Assembly: GCA_002696885.1 (NCBI GenBank)
Contig: NZSO01000026.1
Coordinates: 1-38,804 of the forward strand
DNA from: Verrucomicrobiales bacterium
GTDB lineage: Bacteria; Verrucomicrobiota; Verrucomicrobiia; Verrucomicrobiales; DEV007
Direction of reading: 5' to 3'
Length of the DNA: 38,804 nucleotides
Position 1 is the first letter of the stretch. Every line of letters begins with the position of its first letter. The notes beneath the pieces were generated by a model that had not been told where the DNA came from, ran no database searches, and was given only the letters and a program-made list of their open reading frames with translations. A program made the translations under genes and the position numbers. Positions 19,756-26,955 of this stretch are shown here, one piece after another.

Positions 19756-20478
19756 ATGTCTTGGCAAATTTTTTCAGCTGCTACAGCAGGCGCAACTCAT
19801 GAAAAGCACTTGCAAAAATGTGGCGATGCGGTATGTGCAATTCAAGCTAGGGGTTATTCTCTATGTTTGATTGCTGATGGTGCTGGATCGGTTTCTGGCA
19901 GTGAGGATTTTGCTGAAAACTTGGTTAGTTATGTCAAAGATATTTTTCAGGAAGGCTCTTGGATGCAAGGAGAGAAATGGACACCTAAAAATATTCTTTT
20001 GCATTTATATGAAAGCGTTAGAGGCAAAGTATCAGAGAGAGCTTTTGGCCCTGGGGATTCAACCTTATTGGCGCTTCTGATTGCTGATCAAGAGGCGGCT
20101 TTTTTACAAGTAGGGGATGGGTTTTGTGTGGTGCGTGAGAATGGTCACTTTCAGTTGATTAGTGATATGGATAAAGACGCATATGCGAATGAAACAGACT
20201 TTATTGGCAAAACACAGATACCTTCAGTTAAAACATTCAACACACAAGATGTTGATTTTTTTGCTTTATCAAGTGATGGCTTAACTCAGGTTGCTTTACG
20301 TACAAAAACCAACCAACCCCATATACCTTTTTTTGAACCTTTTTCATTGTTTTTATCTGAGCATCCGTCCGATAATGAAGGAAAAAAAGAAATTGAAGCT
20401 TTCTTAAAATCTGATTCCCTTCGTGATAAAGTCAAAGACGACGTTTCATTAATAATAGGACAGCGCCACCATGACTGA
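19756..20478 (+). CDS. PP2C-family Ser/Thr protein phosphatase
   Basis: GATHEKHLQKCGDAV, LIADGAGS, LSSDGL and DDVSLIIG metal-binding aspartate motifs. GGGAGG lies upstream of ATG 19756; the track ORF starts at TTG 19744. Confidence 0.75.
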   Translation: MSWQIFSAATAGATHEKHLQKCGDAVCAIQARGYSLCLIADGAGSVSGSEDFAENLVSYVKDIFQEGSWMQGEKWTPKNILLHLYESVRGKVSERAFGPGDSTLLALLIADQEAAFLQVGDGFCVVRENGHFQLISDMDKDAYANETDFIGKTQIPSVKTFNTQDVDFFALSSDGLTQVALRTKTNQPHIPFFEPFSLFLSEHPSDNEGKKEIEAFLKSDSLRDKVKDDVSLIIGQRHHD

Positions 20479-23263
20479 AATTTTTTACACGCGTTTGCGT
20501 CAGCCTGTGACGCTGGATAAGAAGTTGGCTTCTGGTGGAGAGGGAGAGGTTTGGCAAACGGATCGAATTGGCACGGTTGCCAAACTGTTTTATCAACCTG
20601 ATACGACGCGTCTTGAAAAGCTACAAAATATGATTCAGCTTCCGCCGGCTGATCCGATGAAAAAACATGATCACGTATCGATTCCATGGCCACAAGAGTT
20701 GATCTTTGATGTTGCTGGGAAGTTCAAAGGATATCTCATGCCCTGCATTTCGGGAGGGATGACGCTTAATAATGTTTATAATGCTAAGCTACGCAATCAA
20801 AAGGCACCCGGGTTTAACTGGTACTATCTACATGTAGCTGCCCTTAATGTGGCGTCAATTATTGATGCTTTGCATACCAAGGGGTATGTCATTGGCGATG
20901 TAAAAACGGATAATTTCCTTGTTAATAATCAGGCTTTGGTTTCAGTTATAGATACGGATTCTTTCCAAGTTAGAGGGTCTTCAAGGACTTTTAGAAGTCT
21001 GGTTGCCTCTGATGGTTTTACACCGCCTGAGCTTATTACAAAGGATATGAAGCGGTTTAACCGACGGCCTGAGCATGATGCCTTCGGATTAGCTGTTATC
21101 ATTTACATGTTACTTACGGGAGATCATCCTTTTTCAGGTCAATGGGCGGAGGGCATAGAGCCCCTTGATCGTGATGCAGCGATAGCTGGAGGCATTTGGC
21201 CGCATGGTCCGCAGAAGCTGTTGCAGCCTTCTATTCTTTCTGTGCCCCTTTCATATCTTGATCTAGATATTCAAAAAGCTTTTCATCAAACATTCACGGA
21301 GGGGCATCGTGATCCAACTAAGCGATTAACAGCAAAGAAATGGTGCCAGTACCTGACGTCTGCTCTTAAGTCACTTAAGGTGTGTCAGAAGAATCGCAAT
21401 CATTATTATCACGCTAATCAGGCAGAATGTTCATGGTGTGTGCGTGCTAAAGCTTTTGGGTATGATTCATTCCCAAGTCAAACTAATAAGTCTGAACTCG
21501 AGAGTTATCACGAATTTTTGCGAGCTGCTGATAATAACGATCATCAGCAAATGATTCAACTTTGGAAAACGGTTCCGGAATTGCACAGTCTTGGTGAGCT
21601 AGAAGGGTACCGAGAAAAAATGAATGGGTTAATTCGTGAATTGGGAAATATTGAATCCTTTGCCAAAGCTTGCCAAGAACAGAGCAGGAATGCTGTGGAA
21701 ATTATGCGGATTTGGCAATCTAACCCTGCATGGCATAGCTTGATTGATCAAGGTCATTATAAAGTTGGTAAACAGCCCTTGCGAGAATATATCAATCAGT
21801 TGACTCAAAATGAGGAAGAAAAAAATGTATTGATCCGTCTTCTTAATAGATGCGATGAGCGTTTCAATCTAAAAAAAGCATACGTTGAAGAAGAGGATCA
21901 GTTACATCAACGCCTAAAAAGCTATCTGAAAGAAACTGAGTTAAATGAATCCAACCAAATGCTTTTTGATAGAATGGATTTAGCAAAAAACCGCACGAAA
22001 GCATGGCAAAAAATATCTGCTGCTTTAAAAGAGGATGAACAAGTTGCATACAATTTATGGGTAGAGAACAAGTCTTTACTTGATGGATTTGTTCAGGTGC
22101 ACGATCAAATAGAATTTTTTAACAATCTCGAAGTCCAGATGAAGGTTTTGAATAAGTTGAAAAATAAAATTGAAAACAAACAATCGCATGAAGAAATTTT
22201 GACTTTGTGGGAGCTTTATCCTTCTCTTATGAAATCAGATTTCGTTAAACAATATAGCATTGGCGATACCGCTCTGCAGGATCATATTCAGCTTTATTAT
22301 CAAAAGCGTGATTTATTTAAAAAATTGAGAAAGGCCAGGCAATCTGGAGAAGTTGAACAAGTAAGGCACCTATGGAATTCAGATCTATGTGATGAGGCAT
22401 GCTTTAAGCCATTTGAACAGTTCTTGACAAATGCGCATGAGAATTCGAATCACTGGGCGCGGATTCGGGCGGCTGCACTTGAAGATGAATATGAAACAGT
22501 TGTTAATTACTGGGATGAGAAATTCACATCACGTGCATATCAATCAGGGATACAAGAAAAAATTCAAAGAGCTTTTCAAGTGCAATTTGGATTCAAAAAA
22601 AACATTCATCACACTGGGCAAAAAAGTGTTTTTATGCATCGTGATTTTAATGAAATTGTTTATGGTTGGCCCCTTGAAAATGCAACTGAACCAAGCAAGT
22701 TAAGCTGCACACATCTTGTTTTCTGTGCCAGGCCTGATCGTTTCCCTGAGACGCCTGATGATATAAAAGAACCTATATATTATCGAGTTATAGGCAAGGG
22801 AGAGGCTAAAGATAAATATGCACGCATTTTGTTTCCTGTAATGAAGGGCAATTATTATTTCTCTGTTTTTCCAGCAACCGTCATTTGTGGGCGTGTGGTG
22901 GAAATTGATGAGCCGTATCAGTTTATGGCACCGACAAAATATCCGGAAATAAAATACGCATTTTTTCGTAAAAAACACACTGATCAGAATTCCTTATTTC
23001 TTCAGGTTTTTTCCTCTGAGAAAATAACCGTTCCGCCTTTTGCTGTTACCTATGATGAAGAAAGGCCAAAGCATTATTTTGAAGAAAATCAGAAAGTTCT
23101 TGCTGAAATGGATGCAGTGTCGTGTGATGCTGGAGAGTCTTTAATAGAAATCCACACTCAACAAAAGTTGCCTGATGATGCTTTTGTATCAATTTATGTT
23201 CGCGACCGATCGTTTTATGATACTGTTCGTGTGATTAACCTCTCTTTGGACGCTGTGGTATGA
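20471..23263 (+). CDS. Ser/Thr protein kinase (N-terminal ~300 aa) fused to a ~630-aa uncharacterised extension
   Basis: LASGGEGEVW glycine loop, VAKLF lysine, HTKGYVIGDVKTDNFLV catalytic loop, VIDTDSF, GFTPPE, DAFGLAVIIYMLLTGDHPF. These are followed by a C/H knuckle, about seven W-centred helical repeats and a strand-rich tail. The start overlaps the PP2C stop by 8 nt. Confidence 0.8.
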   Translation: MTEIFYTRLRQPVTLDKKLASGGEGEVWQTDRIGTVAKLFYQPDTTRLEKLQNMIQLPPADPMKKHDHVSIPWPQELIFDVAGKFKGYLMPCISGGMTLNNVYNAKLRNQKAPGFNWYYLHVAALNVASIIDALHTKGYVIGDVKTDNFLVNNQALVSVIDTDSFQVRGSSRTFRSLVASDGFTPPELITKDMKRFNRRPEHDAFGLAVIIYMLLTGDHPFSGQWAEGIEPLDRDAAIAGGIWPHGPQKLLQPSILSVPLSYLDLDIQKAFHQTFTEGHRDPTKRLTAKKWCQYLTSALKSLKVCQKNRNHYYHANQAECSWCVRAKAFGYDSFPSQTNKSELESYHEFLRAADNNDHQQMIQLWKTVPELHSLGELEGYREKMNGLIRELGNIESFAKACQEQSRNAVEIMRIWQSNPAWHSLIDQGHYKVGKQPLREYINQLTQNEEEKNVLIRLLNRCDERFNLKKAYVEEEDQLHQRLKSYLKETELNESNQMLFDRMDLAKNRTKAWQKISAALKEDEQVAYNLWVENKSLLDGFVQVHDQIEFFNNLEVQMKVLNKLKNKIENKQSHEEILTLWELYPSLMKSDFVKQYSIGDTALQDHIQLYYQKRDLFKKLRKARQSGEVEQVRHLWNSDLCDEACFKPFEQFLTNAHENSNHWARIRAAALEDEYETVVNYWDEKFTSRAYQSGIQEKIQRAFQVQFGFKKNIHHTGQKSVFMHRDFNEIVYGWPLENATEPSKLSCTHLVFCARPDRFPETPDDIKEPIYYRVIGKGEAKDKYARILFPVMKGNYYFSVFPATVICGRVVEIDEPYQFMAPTKYPEIKYAFFRKKHTDQNSLFLQVFSSEKITVPPFAVTYDEERPKHYFEENQKVLAEMDAVSCDAGESLIEIHTQQKLPDDAFVSIYVRDRSFYDTVRVINLSLDAVV

Positions 23264-24237
23264 AGTTAAAGCAAAAAGATTCATTTACATGCCCGTTTTG
23301 TCTTCATTCATTTTTACAAAGCGAAGCTCTATATCGCTGTGTTGCGCTGCCACAAATTTGCCGCCCTGAACAAGATGATATTTTTGATGGTTTTTTTGAT
23401 GTTGCTCCTGAAAAGAGAGGCCGAGTTTTTGAGGGGCAAAGTCGCCAGATAAGAAAACTATCGCTTAGTTCTTTTCAAACGACTCAAGTTAAATGTGATA
23501 TGTGTGCAACAAAAACCAATGCACAGGTTTGTCCACATTGTCATGGAGACTTGCCAGAGGATTTTTTCTCAATGGTACATGTGCCGTTTGCCTTGCAAGC
23601 TGATAATGAAGAAGTGCCAAATTTGTTTGTTGCAGGTTTATTAGAAAAATTGGGAAAAATTACGGGGCATGATATTCAGGCGACCATTGAAAAAGTTCCG
23701 TTGATGAATGGTTTTATCTTTTCTTTTGATAAAAGTAGTTTTGGAAGTAAACGTGTTCTGGTTAGTTTTCATACTCTTAATAACATTGAAAATGAGGAAA
23801 ATAAAAAATCACTTAAGGCTGCTCTGGTTTTTTTAGAAGCAACAACTCTTTTTGGAGATAAGGACGTTAGTTTTGCTTACAAAGACATTGAGAATATTTC
23901 GAATGATCTTATGAGTGGTGCTATCTTAGGCATAAATTTTTATAATATTGACGATTACTATGGCTACTTTGCAAAAACATCAGCAGTTGTAGACAGTCCA
24001 GATTTTCGGGATGGATATCAAAATCTTTGTGGGGAATACGTATCGCAGGAAATTTTGACTCTTTTTGGGGCCGCTTACGGTGTTAATTTCCTTAGGCAGA
24101 TTCGTCAAAATATCAAGCCCTGGCGCTTTGGTGTATGTTCTTTAAGGGACAACCATAATGTGCCACTTGCCTCATACCATCGTATAGAAGACTTGTTCCT
24201 GTGGCAGCTTCACTATGTTCTAGAGAAGGGGATATAG
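23260..24237 (+). CDS. Hypothetical multi-zinc-ribbon protein, fourth gene of the vWA/PP2C/kinase operon
   Basis: 325 aa with CPFC (aa 11-14), C27/C34 and CDMC-x8-CPHC (aa 79-94), then about 230 aa with no motif I recognise. ATGA start/stop overlap with the kinase gene. Confidence 0.7.
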   Translation: MKLKQKDSFTCPFCLHSFLQSEALYRCVALPQICRPEQDDIFDGFFDVAPEKRGRVFEGQSRQIRKLSLSSFQTTQVKCDMCATKTNAQVCPHCHGDLPEDFFSMVHVPFALQADNEEVPNLFVAGLLEKLGKITGHDIQATIEKVPLMNGFIFSFDKSSFGSKRVLVSFHTLNNIENEENKKSLKAALVFLEATTLFGDKDVSFAYKDIENISNDLMSGAILGINFYNIDDYYGYFAKTSAVVDSPDFRDGYQNLCGEYVSQEILTLFGAAYGVNFLRQIRQNIKPWRFGVCSLRDNHNVPLASYHRIEDLFLWQLHYVLEKGI

Positions 24238-24263
24238 CTTAAGAATTGAAGATTCAGCTTTTT
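24237..24263 (+). terminator. Weak terminator-like hairpin plus T5 after the four-gene operon
   Basis: GCTTAAGAAT-TGAAG-ATTCAGC followed by TTTTT. The stem is imperfect and AT-rich. Confidence 0.3.
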
Positions 24264-24303
24264 AACTCTTTTCTATCTGAGTGATATTCGATACAACATA
24301 TCT

Positions 24304-24397
24304 GGGAAGCATGAGCAGACAAAGAGTTTGTTAACCCGGTCAGGTCCGAAAGGAAGCAGCCGTCGCAGATGTATTTGGGTTGTATCATGCTTCTCGC
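24304..24397 (+). ncRNA. ffs: Signal recognition particle RNA (small 4.5S type)
   Basis: Conserved SRP domain IV motif GGTCAGGTCCGAAAGGAAGCAGCC at ~24338-24361. It is closed by a terminal helix GAAGCATGA / TCATGCTTC. The position immediately upstream of dnaX is classical. Confidence 0.85.
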
Positions 24398-24414
24398 TTA
24401 AGCTATAGTTATGC

Positions 24415-26019
24415 ATGACTCATTCACAAACTTCGTTTCGACCCAGTGCGCTTAAATACAGGCCTCAAAATCTGGATGAGCTTGTTGGCCAGGAAGTTTT
24501 GGTTAAATCCCTTCAGAATAGTATTGACCAAGATCGCTTAGCGCATGCGTATGTTTTTACAGGTGTCCGTGGTGTGGGTAAAACTTCAACAGCCAGATTA
24601 TTGGCACGTGGACTGAATTGCCTTGGTGTTGATGGCAATGGTGGGCCAACAAGCAGTCCGTGTGGTGTTTGTCGATCTTGTGTGGATATCCTATCTGAAA
24701 AATCAATGGATGTCCTGGAGGTGGATGCGGCAAGCCAAACTGGGGTTGATGACGTTAGGCAACTTATTGAAAATGTCTCTTATAAGCCTGTACATGGTCG
24801 CTATAAAATTTACATCATTGATGAAGTTCATATGCTTTCAAAGAGTGCGTTTAATGCGCTTTTGAAGACATTGGAAGAGCCGCCCGCTTATGCCAAGTTT
24901 TTTATGGCAACAACTGAGATTGATAAGGTTCCTGTGACGATCTTATCCCGGTCGCAGCGGTATGATCTCAAACGAATTCCCTTGAGTATTTTGCAAGATC
25001 ACCTTGCCAAAATAGTCGAACAAGAGGGGCGACAAGTTGATTCCTCTGGATTACAGCTTATAGCTGAGGCAGCGGAGGGATCAGCTCGAGACGCGCTTTC
25101 AATCCTGGATCAGGTTTTTAATGTTGCTGAAGGTGAAATAAAAGCAAGTGATGTCGAGTCGGTTTTAGGATATGCACGCCATCAGGATGTTGTAGAGCTT
25201 TTATCCGATTTATTTGCAGGTAATGTGCAATCAGCACTAGAAAAGTTTCAAAAACTTTATGCTGAAGGGGTATCTGTCTTAAACCTTGCCAATAGATTGC
25301 TTTATGTTGTCCATAAGCTTTCAATGGCGACAGTGACTGGCGTAGAGTCTGGATTACTTGCGGCTGAAAAAGAACTGCTGGGCAGTTTGTCTGTTCCAAC
25401 TCTAACGCGGGCATGGCAACTGATACTTAAAGGTATCGAGGAAATCAAGCAAAGCCCCAATCAAGCAAATGCCATGGAGATGCTTTTAATTCGTTTCTGT
25501 TACATCAGCCATTTGCCGAATATGGCGCATATTGGTTCTGAAAATGAAAATCTAGATCAAAAAAAAAAATCTAGTTTAATTCAATCAACGCCAATTCAAG
25601 ATAGGGCAGAGAGAAAGTCTATTGAGGTTGTAGAAAGTAAACCCGTAAAAAGTAATATTACGATAGAAGAGATTATCATACGCGCCCACCAAGAAAATGA
25701 AGTTATGCTGGCAACGCACTTAGAATGCTCGGTTGCTTTCGTAGAGACAAAAGATTCTTTTTTGAAATTGAAAAAAGTTAAAACTGTTCCGCAGTCCTTT
25801 GAGAGAGAGTTACAAAAAAAGATGACAGCTTGGTACGGATGTCCTTGGGTTGTGGAGTGGGTTGAAAATGATTCTGCGTTAACGCTAGAAGAAATAAAAC
25901 AAACTGAACAAAAAAAAAGGCTCAACGATTTCCAAAAAAGTGATACGTTTATGCGTGTTAAAGCCGCATTTCCAAATGCGCAGTTAACTGAAATTAGAGA
26001 AGAAAGGTTAGACCCATGA
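24415..26019 (+). CDS. dnaX: DNA polymerase III subunits gamma/tau
   Basis: 534 aa with HAYVFTGVRGVGKTSTARLLA Walker A, zinc module CGVCRSC, IIDEVHMLS, SRSQRY sensor and GSARDALS. Confidence 0.95.
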   Translation: MTHSQTSFRPSALKYRPQNLDELVGQEVLVKSLQNSIDQDRLAHAYVFTGVRGVGKTSTARLLARGLNCLGVDGNGGPTSSPCGVCRSCVDILSEKSMDVLEVDAASQTGVDDVRQLIENVSYKPVHGRYKIYIIDEVHMLSKSAFNALLKTLEEPPAYAKFFMATTEIDKVPVTILSRSQRYDLKRIPLSILQDHLAKIVEQEGRQVDSSGLQLIAEAAEGSARDALSILDQVFNVAEGEIKASDVESVLGYARHQDVVELLSDLFAGNVQSALEKFQKLYAEGVSVLNLANRLLYVVHKLSMATVTGVESGLLAAEKELLGSLSVPTLTRAWQLILKGIEEIKQSPNQANAMEMLLIRFCYISHLPNMAHIGSENENLDQKKKSSLIQSTPIQDRAERKSIEVVESKPVKSNITIEEIIIRAHQENEVMLATHLECSVAFVETKDSFLKLKKVKTVPQSFERELQKKMTAWYGCPWVVEWVENDSALTLEEIKQTEQKKRLNDFQKSDTFMRVKAAFPNAQLTEIREERLDP

Positions 26020-26342
26020 TGAAAGGTTTTGGCAACATGATGAAGCAGGCTCAAGAAATGCAGAGCAAGTTGGAGTCTTTGCAAAAGGAGCTTGAACAAG
26101 AAATTGTTGAGGGTGCTTCGGGCGGTGGCATGGTTAAAGCAACTGCAACGGCCAAAGGTGTTTTAAAATCGCTGGCTATTGATGATGAGCTGTTTAAACA
26201 AGATGAAAAAGAAATATTAGAAGATCTTGTTGTAGCTGCTGTCAACGATGCAAAAACCAAAGGTGAAAAACTATCACAGGAAAAGATGTCTGCAATCAGT
26301 GGTGGTTTAAACTTGCCAGGTGGGATGAAGCTTCCTTTTTAA
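26016..26342 (+). CDS. ybaB: Nucleoid-associated protein YbaB/EbfC
   Basis: 108 aa with MMKQAQEMQSKLESLQKELEQ...VEGASGGGMVKATATAKG. ATGA overlap with dnaX. Confidence 0.9.
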   Translation: MMKGFGNMMKQAQEMQSKLESLQKELEQEIVEGASGGGMVKATATAKGVLKSLAIDDELFKQDEKEILEDLVVAAVNDAKTKGEKLSQEKMSAISGGLNLPGGMKLPF

Positions 26343-26348
26343 TTTTAC

Positions 26349-26954
26349 ATGCAAGAAAATCTTCTCGAGTTATTTATTAAAAAGTTAAGCAAGCTCCCTG
26401 GTTTGGGACCGCGGTCAGGGAGGCGTCTTGCACTTCATTTAATAAAGGAAAAAGAAGACATTCTTCGGCCTTTGGCGCAAATCCTATTGGATGTAGATAA
26501 GTCGGTTGCGACATGTTCAATATGTGGAAATTATGATTTAGTTCAGCCTTGTCATATTTGCTCTAGTGTCAACCGTGATGAAACAACCCTTTGTCTGATC
26601 GCAACAGTTGAAGACTTATGGGCACTTGAAAGAGGGCAAACTTATAAAGGACACTATCATGTTTTGGGCGGGCTGCTATCGGCCTTGGATGGCGTAAGGC
26701 CAGAACACCTTGCAATTCCCTCTTTGAAAAAAAGGCTTGATGAGCATACATACAGTGAAATTATTTTTGCCCTTAGCCCAAGCTTGGAAGGGCAAACCAC
26801 TGCTTTCTATGTTCAAGATCAACTCAAGGATTATCCTATCCAGGTATCGCGTCTATCGTTTGGCTTACCAATGGGGGGGGAGTTGGATTATTTGGATGAA
26901 GGCACATTAACAACAGCTTTGAATGGGCGCGTTAAACTGGAGCAGAGACAATAG
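26349..26954 (+). CDS. recR: Recombination protein RecR
   Basis: LSKLPGLGPRSGRRLALHL helix-hairpin-helix, C4 zinc finger CSICGNYDLVQPCHICS, and Toprim region LCLIATVEDLWALE. Confidence 0.95.
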   Translation: MQENLLELFIKKLSKLPGLGPRSGRRLALHLIKEKEDILRPLAQILLDVDKSVATCSICGNYDLVQPCHICSSVNRDETTLCLIATVEDLWALERGQTYKGHYHVLGGLLSALDGVRPEHLAIPSLKKRLDEHTYSEIIFALSPSLEGQTTAFYVQDQLKDYPIQVSRLSFGLPMGGELDYLDEGTLTTALNGRVKLEQRQ

Positions 26955-26955
26955 T

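Noticed and set aside
25596-26260. Minus-strand ORFs 25596..26099 and 26051..26260
   Set aside because: They are antisense to dnaX and ybaB. The translations are low-complexity Ser/Leu/Phe-rich, typical of shadow frames.
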